Source of the DNA: Camelus dromedarius
Taxonomy: Eukaryota
Length of the DNA stretch: 64,000 bases
Reading direction: 5' to 3'
NCBI RefSeq assembly: GCF_036321535.1
Contig: NC_087437.1
Coordinates: forward strand, 101,744,001 to 101,808,000
Part shown: piece after piece, positions 13,794 through 25,180 of the stretch
How positions within the stretch are numbered: position 1 is the first letter of the stretch
Layout: the number at the start of each line of letters is the position of its first letter
Program-made: the position numbers and the translations under genes
Notes under the pieces: generated by a model
Seen by the model: only the letters and a program-made list of their open reading frames with translations
Databases searched by the model: none
What the model was told of the DNA's origin: nothing

Positions 13794-15682
13794 GTGGCTT
13801 CTGGTTCAGTGACTGGGTGCCAGGCCTTCTGATTTTGGTCCTCCCCAGGCTGTCTTTACAATGTATATTCTTATCAGAAAGCAGTCGCCTTTACACTTCC
13901 TGTTCCTTCTCCCTTTTCTGTTTATTTTATTATCGTAAGCTAAGGGAATACTTGAAGGTTGTCGGTGATTTGTGCTATTGCAAAGAGTTGAAAAGAATCT
14001 TTTACTTTGTGCTCATTGAACCTGAAAGGACTTATGCTATGAAAGGCATGCTTTCCTTCGGTTATCTGTGTCCCTATGCTGCGTGTTATGTATCAAGAGT
14101 CTTTCCCACTGTTGGTCATGCCTCAAAGAGCAGTATTAGTAGCAGCAGATGTCACAGGAGACACATTGACAATAAAGCAGGAAGCCAGAATATAGTGGTT
14201 CAAACCAAAGAGAGTGGTAGTGGCTAAATCGTTACTATTAATTTTGTGAATATTTAATCTGCCCACAATTTCAAGTAACATTTATGTGCCTACTCATGCG
14301 TATATCTGTGTGTGCTTGCTTTAGTGTATGTACGTGTGATTGTACATGGACATTTTGGGTTTCCACTACCATCACTAAATATTTCTCCGGGGGGCTGTGA
14401 GGTCAGAAACACGAGCCTGATGTCTTTAGAGCGTCGAGAGGCCCTTCTACATTTTGTATCTCTGAGTGGTCCGATGCACGGTCACAAGATTAATGTGCTG
14501 CCGTTCTCCGGATCCTTCTAGTGAAACTGACTCTCTGGATGCATATTATTTATGGATTTTATGTTACCTTCTTAAATGAGAAAGAGAGAGAAAGAACTTG
14601 TAAACTAAAATCAATACCAATAACAGCTTCTCACACTGCGAAGTTTGGGATGTCTCTGTTTATTTCATAAATGTTCTTGTGGATTGGACATACTCCTTCT
14701 CACTAAATGACTTCATGCTTTCTTTGTGCTCCTTCCCTCTTGTTCTTCTTCTGCTCCACCGTATCTCACTTTTGTGCTCTGCTTTCCTCTCTCCCACACA
14801 GAAAATCACGTTGGATTTCATATGATTACTTGACTAAATAAAGTCACTGAAATAGGCGCAGGAGGAGGCAGGAACCCATTTATTTCACAGTGTGATGGTG
14901 ATGGTTCAATATCCAGAAGAGAGCAATAATAGTGTATATGGAATACATTTTTGTATGTATGATCTTTATTTGAAAGATTTCATCCCTAATAGTGTTTTGT
15001 TCGGGGTTTTGTAAAATGGTACTAAATGAACTGATGTCTAGAGAGATGTTTATAAACATTTAAAAAAAATCACTATTCTTTTAGAGCAAAATTTAATATA
15101 ATCAGCAATTTTAAGAAACCATCCAAAAAGTTTGGGTAACTGAATATATTTCCTTGGCTTAATCCTGTGTCTGTGCTGGAGTGAGACTGTATTCTTAAAC
15201 AGAAGACATATTTAACTACTATAAATGTTCTGTATAAATTATGACTTTGCTTTAAGATAAGACACAAAAGAAACTTTAATGCTTTTCCTTTATGGTCTAA
15301 GCCATAAAGAACATAAAATTCATCCTGACAATTTTATTAGCCACATATTTTCCCTTCTATCAAACTAAATAGTTTTATTAAATCTATACAGAATCTAAAT
15401 GTTTTTACATTTATTTACTCAGACTTTTCTGCATCCTTTTAAATTCCTAGGACATTTCCTCTACTTAAGAATCTGAGAAATACTGTTTTCAGACAATACT
15501 GAGGACTTGTGATTTAACTAATTTAACTTTCTAATGTGCAAGGATTGAGGATAGTGACTATTGGCAACTGTGACCTCATATTAGGTAACTCCAACTCAAG
15601 ACCAATGAGATATGTTCATCCCAGTTCACTTGATAGAGACAGTGTAAGCATGTTGCTAATTATACTGATGAATTAGCGAACT

Positions 15683-16179
15683 GAAGCTTTTCCTCCTCTA
15701 TTTGCATTGCCCTTTATGCTGGTGATCATGAATATCTTGTAATTGGAATGGGAATTTCATTTTATAGCTACAGTCACTATTTAGTATATATAATGCAAAA
15801 CAGTTCATCAGTTAGGACAAAGAAATTACCAAATATTATTTCATACTATGTAGAAGAAAATAATCATTGCGTTTTGAATTTTACACCCTTGCAACTACTA
15901 GTATTAGTACAGACTTTTTAACCACCTGAGGTCTATTAATTGAACAAATACTGTACAACATACTTTACCTTACTGATTCTGATTATAGCAGAGAAACTGC
16001 AATATGACGTCATTTTAAAATCTTATGAATGCAGAGGTCATCTTCAATTTCCTCAAAATGACACTAGTTATATCATTATCTTTGAGTTGAGTATTAAACC
16101 AGAGGACAGAAAATCTCCACACATTGCTTTTCCCTTAACTATAATTTAGATTTAATTTCTCCATTTCATTTTCACTCCC
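15683..16179 (+). repeat. Left arm of ~490-bp inverted repeat
   Basis: Hand alignment to the reverse complement of 16829-17318 gives ~50 substitutions and 5 small indels over ~490 bp (~90% identity). An example identical run is ttagtacagactttttaaccacctgagg. Confidence 0.95.
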
Positions 16180-16828
16180 TTTTGCATGTCAATTTTTAGC
16201 CTTATTTTATCAGTCTTCACTGAAAGGAAAAAAAAAATTAATGAAACCATGTTTCACCAGTAATTTGGTCACTAATGGTACTACAGTTATTCACCTGAGA
16301 CAGTCACATTAAAGAGTTTTCCCTTTCTGCTGCAAATTAGCAAATTTAATGAATGTAAGAAAAAGCCATGTTTTATTCCTAAAATGAAGTAAGATGAGAA
16401 ATTTATTTATATTTTACATGTTGATAGGTTAAACTAGGAAAGAAATTGAATACCTCCAATTTAATACAACAATAAACTATTTGCTACTATTATTAGCAAT
16501 GAGTGTGATCATGGATTTATGCCTCCTCCTCATATTTTAATTCAGACACTGGTACAATTTCAGGTATAAGAAACAGTGGCATATATTCAAAGGTCTTTCA
16601 TTAGATAGCTATGAGCTATAATCAAAGACATACATCTCTCACATTATATTTTTGTGCCACAAGTGGAAATTATTAATTTCCCACATGTTAGTGAAAAAGT
16701 AACCAAAAAACATATGGTGACAGCTGTTTAAATAGTATATAATTAACTAAAGGAATATGAAAATTGTAACTCATAATTAACTTAATCTGAGACTCATGGT
16801 AATAAGCCAAATAAAACCCTCTTCTACT

Positions 16829-17318
16829 GGTAGTAAAAATGAAATGCAGAAATTAAATCTAAATTATAGTTAAGGGAAAAAGCAACATGTGGAGATTTTG
16901 TATCCTCTGAGTTAATACTCAATTCAAAGATATAACGGGTGTCATTTTGAAGAAATTGAAGATGACCTCTGCATTCATAAGATTTTAAAATGATGTCATA
17001 TTGTAGTTTTCTCTCCTATAATCAGAACCAATAAAGCAAAGCATATTGTACAGTATCTGTCCAATTAATAGGCCTCAGGTGGTTAAAAAGTCTGTACTAA
17101 TACTAGTAGCTGCAAAGATGTAAAATTTAAAATGCAATAATTATTTTCTTCTACACAGTATGAAATATATTTGGTAAATTCTTTGTCCTAATTGATGATC
17201 TATTTTACATTATATACCATGCAGTGACTTTGGCTATAAAATGAAATTCCCATTCCAATTAAAAGACATTCACAATTACCAGCATAAAGGGCAATACAAA
17301 TAGGGGAGGAAAAGCTTC
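16829..17318 (-). repeat. Right arm of ~490-bp inverted repeat
   Basis: Reverse complement of 15683-16179. For example, cctcaggtggttaaaaagtctgtactaa and gaagatgacctctgcattcataagattttaaaatga each pair with the left arm. Confidence 0.95.
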
Positions 17319-17547
17319 CATGTTTCCATGAATACCTAATGCAATACTTACCGTGCTGTTCAGAGGCACCCATTTACTTGTCTTTCTCTTCTACAACATG
17401 GAAAGCATTCTGAAGAATTGAATCCACTCTTACTCACTGAAACCTGCATGTACATTAGTATTACTGCCACACACTAGGTGCTCAATAAATAAGTACTGAC
17501 TGAATAAATAAAAAAAATATTTCATAGGTGGGTTATTTTTTCATAAT

Positions 17548-17727
17548 CATGGTTGCCAGATTTAACAAACAAACACATAGGTCTCCTAGTTAAATTTGAT
17601 TTCAGTAAAGCCATGAAAAATTTATTTAGTATAAGTATGATCCAAATATTGTATTGCTAAAATAATATACATTGTTTACCTAGAATTCAAATCTAACTGA
17701 GTGTCCTGTATTTGTCTGGCAAGTATA
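17548..17727. mobile_element. MER53 palindromic non-autonomous hAT element
   Basis: ggttgccagattt...agttaaatttga-tttcag...gaattcaaatctaactgagtgtcctgtatttgtctggcaa matches the recalled MER53 fold-back consensus. Confidence 0.85.
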
Positions 17728-18724
17728 GCGTGAATGAAATATTTTCATCTCAGTACTGACTTTTGATTGAATAAGTTTTGTGGGAAAAACTTTATGCTTT
17801 GTATAGAACAGTGTTTTTATCTGTAACTCTTGGTTTGAATAGACAGACATGGTTCTCTTCTCAGTGAAAGGTGTCTGTAAAGATCTATAATGTTGGTCCA
17901 CTTCATCATATAAGAGTTGTTGACTGAATGGACAAAAGTGATTGTCAGAATGCTTTTTAAGCAGAGTACGTATACTGAATCAGTATATCAGTAGATGTAT
18001 TTATTTACATTTGTGCCACTATGAAAATCTTAAGTTTGAATATTTTGTCATTTGATAGACAGAGCATGCCAACTGCCATAATAGGTAGGCTTGATGCCCT
18101 GAATTTAAGATTAATGCTTTTCTAACAACTATGGAGCATATTTTATCTCCCAGCAGGACATGTCTGGATGTCTACTGACAGGCCCTGCGGTCTGCCTCAC
18201 CTAGGCAAATACCAGCCTGAAGGTCATCCTTTCAAAATTATACTGTTCCAGACAGATCCAATAATGTCAATCCATCCTGGACCAGTCATCAGGTTTCTAA
18301 TACATTATAGTCCTGGAATATAAATGTCCTAAGCAGGGTTTTTGACAGCCAATAATTGTTTAATAAATGATGGCTTCCTTTTCCAATATATCTGAACCCA
18401 TTTCATAAAAATGAAAATATTGTTTGAGAGAAGCTTCTGGGCTCTGTAAGGCCAGCATTTTAGAATCACATCCTCTGAAATCAAACCAAGATTCAGGACA
18501 GTTATGATGGTTTAATGGAACGTTGAAACACATACTGATTTTCTTGAAACAAACATTCAACTACCTCAAATCCTTAGGATACATTCTGAAAATTTTTGGT
18601 ACATAAATTTTTTTTATTAAACTTAGTTCATTTAGGACCTGAAATAGTCCGTAAATAAAAAACGCCTTCTGTTGTTTAAAAGTTTAAGACTCATTACTAA
18701 GATCACCAACACTGTTATAGTCTA

Positions 18725-19370
18725 ACTTCAAGTTTTGTGGCCTGAGGACCTGAATACATGGAGCTACTATTGAATAAGATGGGAAAAGACAGAGACAGCA
18801 GATTTTTACATGAGATAGGGTTGGAAGATTAGGAGTTTAGTTCTGAAAATTTTAATTTTCACAAATCTGAAAGGCATTCAAAGAGAGAGTCAAAAAGGCA
18901 GCTGAAAAATAAATCTTGAATTTATAAGATAAACTATGACCAGAGTTAGATTTGGGAATTATCTTTACATAACTGTTATTTAAAGTCATAGAACTAGATA
19001 AAATCCCCAAGGGAAAGAGGTAGATAAAAAAGATACTAGATCTAGGGCTGGGTCTTGACTCACTCACTCAATATTTTTCCCCAACTTTATTTAGGAATGA
19101 TTGACAAAAATAATTGTACATTCAGTTGCATATATTTAAAGTCTACGTGATATTTTGATTACATATGCATTGTGAAATGATTACCAAGATCAAGACAGTT
19201 AACATAACCAACACCTCGATCACCTCATATCATTAACTTTTCTTTGTAGTTGTTGCTCACTCAAAGTTAAAGGTCGGGGAAAAGAAGAAAAAGCAGCAAA
19301 TTTGACCGAGAAACAATGTTATAGCAGGATAATAAGGAAAGAAAGTGTGGTATTCTAGAATCCAAGAGAC
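18725..19370 (-). mobile_element. L2 fragment interrupted by an L1 3' end
   Basis: L2 antisense blocks (aggagtttagttctg, agatttgggaattatc, tttaaagtcatagaactagataaaatc) continue on both sides of the insert at 19072-19255. Confidence 0.7.
19072..19255 (-). mobile_element. Short L1MA-type 3' end
   Basis: ctttatttaggaatgattgacaaaaataattgtac...cattgtgaaatgattaccaagatcaag. TSD ctcactcaa at 19063-19071 and 19256-19264. Confidence 0.8.
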
Positions 19371-19374
19371 TAGA

Positions 19375-19600
19375 CTCAAATTATAAGAAAAGTATCAGAC
19401 ACACCTCATTTGAGGGACATACTATAAAGTATCTGACCAAATATGCCTCAAAAATCTCAAGGTCATGAGAAGTAAAGAGAGCTTGGAAAACCGGCACAGA
19501 CTAGAGCAGGCTGGTGTGTCAGCTTGGATCCTACGACAGATAAAGTTCATTAATGAGGAAACTGGTGAAATGTGAACACATTCTGGTGCTTAGTCTAAAA
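19375..19600 (+). mobile_element. L1MC-type 3' UTR fragment
   Basis: atcagacacacctcatttgagggacat...caaaaatctcaaggtcatgaga...aactggtgaaatgtgaa. Confidence 0.65.
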
Positions 19601-20291
19601 AAATTAACTTCTTAAACATGAATGTTTGAATAATAGAATAATACAGTAAGCTGCTGATCTGAATAATATGCTCTTGGATTGTGGGAGCTTCACTGGCTTC
19701 AGCTAATGATAATGTATGGATGTACTGGTATACATGCTACCAGAAGCTACTTGGCAGACATCAAATGAAGAGTATACCAAAAATTTTAACAATGGCTTGG
19801 GACAAAAGGTCTTTGTTTTAGTTTGAACCTTAATAGTCAGTTGTAGAAGCATAAACATATCCCATGGCTCTCACTGTCAAACCAGATGTGTCCTGGTTTC
19901 TCTCTGTGTTTTTAATTAGTTTTAATTGCCCTAAAGCGACCACAGAAGCAATGAAGGTGTAAATATTATACTGGTTTTCAATTTTACATCTAATTACATC
20001 TCAGGTGATGTTTTTCATATATATATTGTACCTAGAGCCCTGGACAATTAAAAGACATCTCTTGATTCCATGCAGAAAAATTATGAATTAGCCTATACCT
20101 TCATTTCACAATGTGACATATCCTTTCTGATATTTTTAGAAATCACAGATGTTTAAAGATTACCTATATCAAAACTGTAATTTGTGTACTTGTATTTACA
20201 GAGACACTCTATATATGAACAGAAACAAAAAGTGCCTTAGCTATATTTGTGTGTGCAAACCTTTAAAATATTTTTTAATTTTAAAAAATCC

Positions 20292-20558
20292 TTTTGTTTT
20301 TGTTTTTTTTCAGTTTTATTACTTAGAACTGTTACAATTTGACTGCATATATACAATATATTGCATGTAAATGCATATATACAATATACTGCACACATTT
20401 TAAAAATTTACATGTATGTACTGTTCATTGTTTCTAAGAACAGTTTAGAGCTTTAGCTTTTTAAACTTACATAGTTATCAAAGGAATAAAGCCAACCACA
20501 AAATAAGAATCAACAGAGTGCAGTAATCCAATCATAAAGGACAGTCAAATATGCTTAT
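20292..20558 (-). pseudogene. Possible 5'-truncated retrocopy of an mRNA 3' UTR end; parent not recognised
   Basis: The minus strand ends ...ttctaagtAATAAAactg followed by an A-rich tail (ttttgtttttgtttttttt on +). The body is UTR-like and not a recognised TE. No convincing TSD. Confidence 0.4.
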
Positions 20559-21364
20559 GGGTTTTTTTTTTTTCTTTCTTTTTTTTTGGTTCAGGGTTAG
20601 CAGAGTATGTGAAATGCTCCACTGCACTTTTTCACTTTATTCTTCTCCAGAGTTATTTTTTATGATAAGATTTTATTAAATAGTTATAAATCTTTTCCCT
20701 TTGGCTTAGATATGGTTGACTACTCTTTGCCAACCACATGTCAAGAGCAGGCAGTCTGGTTGAAAGGAGCAGTCAAGAGGCAAGGGATTCAAATATATAT
20801 AAGTGCAACCAATGTTTATTAATAAAACCTTTTAAGACCCGAGACAAGGCATTTACTTTCCCTTTAAGCACACACACTTTCACAGATTCTCCTATGCACA
20901 CTGTTGCATTCACATACATTGCATAAACTAACTTCAGAGTATTATTTTTCTCTTCTACCTAATACAAATCTTGAAGTGCATTTGCATTTGAGAGTAGGAA
21001 AGTGACAGCTGCTGTGAAAGAGATTACAGAAGTTGTCTGGAGATTGAAAAGTAAAGTAAAAAGGGGCAGAATAAATAAAGCTGAGAAATTCTGTCCAGTT
21101 TTGTTTTTAGAAGTCTACACTGTAGACCAGATTTAATTATTACAGACCAGCCTTGCATTAGATCTGTGGGCATGGCTTCTGAGGTTCCTCACTTCGCTCC
21201 ATATCTTGAGGAAACATTTCACTTGTTCAGGAAGTTTATTTATTTTCTACAGTGCATAGACTGCCAGAATGTAGCTAGAGATCCTGTTGTATCTACCATA
21301 CTTTCAGCAGTAAGTCTCCCTTTATCAACATATGCAAGTTTATCTATTCACACCTGGTGGCTAG

Positions 21365-21828
21365 TGTGGAGGCAGAAAAATTAGGATCCCTACGAAAAAG
21401 AGTGTTGCTCACCACCCAGTTCTCCAAGGCTCACTCACTGTAGTTGACCACCAACAGTGCACCCCCCAAAAAATTCAGGATGAGCCACAGGAAGAGGCCC
21501 TCTGTGCTTTGGACCAGCAGGCCCTATGCATATCCCAGGAAGAATTTCAATGGCCCCAGATTCTTGCCTCCTCCCATACAAGAGAAAAGCACTATAATCA
21601 TTAACTTAAGCTATTTGTTCTTTGTGATCAGCAGTAATCTTTCACCAAGATGTATGCCTGACTACATGTATTTCCTAGTCAAAAGTCATATGTAAACTGA
21701 CTTCTCCCCTATGTCCTCAGAGCAGTTCCTCAAGGCTAACTGTCAGTCTCCTGGCTACAATCCTCGGCAAGACTCCGAATAAAACTTCAACTCACATCTC
21801 TTGCTGTGTGTCTTCTTTAGAGTTGCCA
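21365..21828 (+). mobile_element. ERV1-class solo LTR
   Basis: TG...CA ends, AATAAA at ~21778 followed by a U5-like GT-rich tail, and a 4-bp near-TSD ctag/cgag. Confidence 0.8.
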
Positions 21829-22132
21829 CGAGACATGCACGTCAAAAGTATTTTGAGCTATAAAGAGAGGATGTAGAGACAGGAGTGCAAGCCTGTTAGC
21901 TGGCAAGACGATCTAATTTTTTTGATAGACTCTTAAAGAAACCTAAGTCTCCAAAACTGGTGTGAAATAAAAGAGATAGGTAAAAGGCAGCCTGTTTGGC
22001 AAAACAAGATTTATAACAGAACATAATAAAGTAATTCAGAGTTAGAACATAGTTAAAGGGAAAATAGTCCAATTTCATGTTACCTCATTTTAAACTGCTG
22101 TCTTGCATTTGTTGCTTGTTAGAAAATAAAAC

Positions 22133-22772
22133 TGTTAGAGCAGGCAGATAGCTAGATATGAGCAGAGAAAAGGGGACGCAGACCAGATGGCAGGAATTGG
22201 GCAGAAAGGAGAGACACAGGCCAAATGCAGGAAACCAAACATCATGTAAGCACCAGGGGTCCCTGGGCAGAGAAAGAAAAGCACGAAACTGGGCTGATAA
22301 GTGGTCATACTTTGGGGGTGATGAGTGGCCCAGAGGCTAACAAACAAAAGTGAGAAAGGCTGGAATTTCTAGTGTCCGAATGTAACCTTTTGCTCATTTG
22401 CCCTCACTTCAATAAAATTAACTTTGCAGACCAGAAGTACCCATCATGCACCGACGCCATGACACTTCCGATCCAGACTAAATAAGGACGAAAATCCCTC
22501 CTCCCTTTGGGAAGGTGGAGTTGGGATGATAATCAGGGAATACGACCCCAAATCCTTCCCTCCCCAATGAATATTCTGCCCATTCATTTTTACACCCTAT
22601 GTAACCAACTTGCCAAAGAAACTCAGGGCAGCTGCTCACCTGAGCCTGCCCGCTCTCCCCTTGAGAATGTACTATCCATCCCTTAATAAAGCCTCATTTT
22701 ACTTTTTTAACCTCCATGTCTCGTCTTTGAATTCTTTCTGGGACGGAACAAGATCCTGGAACACCGGTTACA
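22133..22772 (+). mobile_element. ERV1-class solo LTR, relatively young
   Basis: tgtta...ttaca ends, near-TSD aaac/aaat, AATAAA at ~22685 and retained CpGs. Homologous to the inverted copy at 41106-41686. Confidence 0.85.
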
Positions 22773-25180
22773 AAATGAGCTATAGCTACTTATTCAGAAA
22801 GGTGTGGATCAAACGAATCTGTGCTCTAGTGGAGTCCCAGTACCTTGTTAATCACAAAAATAAACAGATATAATATGTTTTCTTTCATTTTGATTAAGAA
22901 ATAACAAATATCCTTATGTCTCAGAAAACTCATCTAAATCTGGAAGAGAAAAATCTTATCTGAGTCTTTATATTAAATTAGGGTTAAGCTCTAGGAAGAA
23001 TATATTAATTTTAAAAAGATAAGCTCCTAAAAATTTCAAAACACTTAAATTTCAAAACACAAGAAATTCCTATTGAGGAATTATCAGATCAGAACAATTA
23101 CTACATGGTATAAAAATATAAATAATGTCCAAGCATATAAATGCTTTAAATCAGAGGTTTTTTTCATAAATACATTAAATTATAATATTTAGTCTGCTGG
23201 TACTTTAGGAACATGGCACGGATCATTATGCTAAGTTCTCATTCTACTTATCTCTTTTATTCACACTGAGTGCAAAATCAGCTTAGACAACACTCTTAGA
23301 CAACACTCTTCATTAGAGCTAAAGCATAGTTGTTAGTACAACATGATGTTTTTCTGCATAAAGGAAGGATCAGATGTTTTCTTGGCTGTGGAATTTTTAG
23401 CTTAACAAATCTGTAATTATATTAAATAAAGTGGCTAATTCATCCAAGAGAATTATCTGCATAATAGCCACAGGAGCTTAAGTAGTAACTTTCAACGCAG
23501 TTATAATAGTTGCCAGCTGAGATCATTGGATGTGGTGTTAACTACTAATTTTTGTCATTTTACTGGCTCTTTATCTGTAACTACATTGCAAGTGACCTTG
23601 GAAATACATCCATTTAATTATGCTGTGTGTTCTTCCAGAATCCTTACATCTTTTTTCAGGTATGACATGTTTGCAAGCACAGGGCAATCACATTGTACAT
23701 TAAAAGTCTCACTAATAAAGTGGAGAAGCATTGTGCAACTGTATTCATTATTTCCTGCTGTTCAGTGTTTAAAACATAGAGATGACAGATAGCAATATGT
23801 AGGTAGACAGGTAGATGGTAGATATATAGATAGCTTTAATCCATGCTATACTATGATCTGATTTGCTCATTTTATGGTATTGTTCTTTCTCATTTTATAA
23901 GAGTGCATGTCTCCCCTTCTCCCTTATTTGAGTAACTCAAATAAGTACAGAAATATTTTAGTGCTCACTAGAAAATACTAATTTTCCATAATACTGCTCT
24001 AGCAGGGCATTTTGGTAGGCCGTTAGAGAGAATCAATCTATGGTTCAGTATTCAGAGAAAAAGCATACATATGGAAAATTCTTTCTGCCCCTGAAAAGAT
24101 ACGGTACACTAGTACATGCTGTGTTTTATTTTGATCCTGACTGATTTCACTGTCTAATTTGACTCATTGTGTAAAATGTACAGACTTTTTAACCTGCATT
24201 TGGCTTAGTTTCTTCACCTACTAGATGGGGATTAAAGCAATAAGAAAAAGGCTAATTCAAGGGCAGAACAAAAGCAAAAGCACAGCATAAACTCAATAAA
24301 TAATAACGATTATTAAATTGATATTTTTAGAACTACTCCAGCTTATCAGAAAGCTCTTTTAACTAGATAGGAAGACCCCTCCTGCATTGATGAATACATT
24401 TGAACAAATCATTAAAACCCCTAGAATCTTGGTTTCTGCATCTGGAGAAGTGTAAACTTTAAACTCCAGGCTAGACTAGAAACAAAATTAAAACAAAAAC
24501 AGTACCTATTATAAATTCTTAGATTTGTAGATCAGAAATAAAGTCTGCATTGAAAAACTCCAATGTAACCAACGTATCTTTCTAGATCTTAGGCCTGATG
24601 TTTATTTCTTGGATGGCTGCTTTTGTAAAGACCGCCTAAAGAGAGAGAGAACGAGATTAAGAAGTTTTAAAATATTCTTGTTCTTTACACCCCATGATGA
24701 TAAGGGTCACAGTTTTGTAATTAAGTATAGTATCTCATTTCTTGTTTATGTCACTGTTGTTAGAAATTCTTGTCTTCTACAATTCGTATTTCAGTGGCTT
24801 CTTACTCTAAGATGGGCTCTCCATTCTCTAAATAATTGTAAGCAGATAATTCCTTTTGTGACTCCCCTGGTTGGTACTGTGTTCCCCAGTCTCAAGTAAA
24901 GTACCCTGAATACATGTTGATTTATTGACCAAATACTCTCAATTAAATTAGCTCCAAATATATTTACTTAGAGTTTTATTTGTGTTCTAATTTTTTAAAC
25001 TCTAATTTCCATTTTTCAGTTAAACTAGCACACTGAGTCACTCAACATTTCTATCACTAAATTTTCTGTAATATGGGAGCATTTAAAAATGCATCATTAC
25101 AAGCATACAAAATATGATAACTGGTAACTAAATAGAATTAGAGATAAAGACATTATGTATTTCATTTAAAATATATTTGA

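Noticed and set aside
13724..14227. 167-aa ORF, the longest in the track
   Set aside because: Starts inside an MLT1 LTR, has a Cys/Leu/Phe-rich composition typical of non-coding DNA, and shows no recognisable domain.
15683..17318. Interpretation of the inverted repeat as DNA-transposon TIRs
   Set aside because: No TSD, no CAG/TA-type termini and no transposase remnant seen in the loop. Not fully excluded without a Dfam search.
23030..23310. Short tandem duplications (aaatttcaaaacac x2, cttagacaacact x2; also actcaagata x2 at ~34857)
   Set aside because: Ordinary slippage duplications, not an array.
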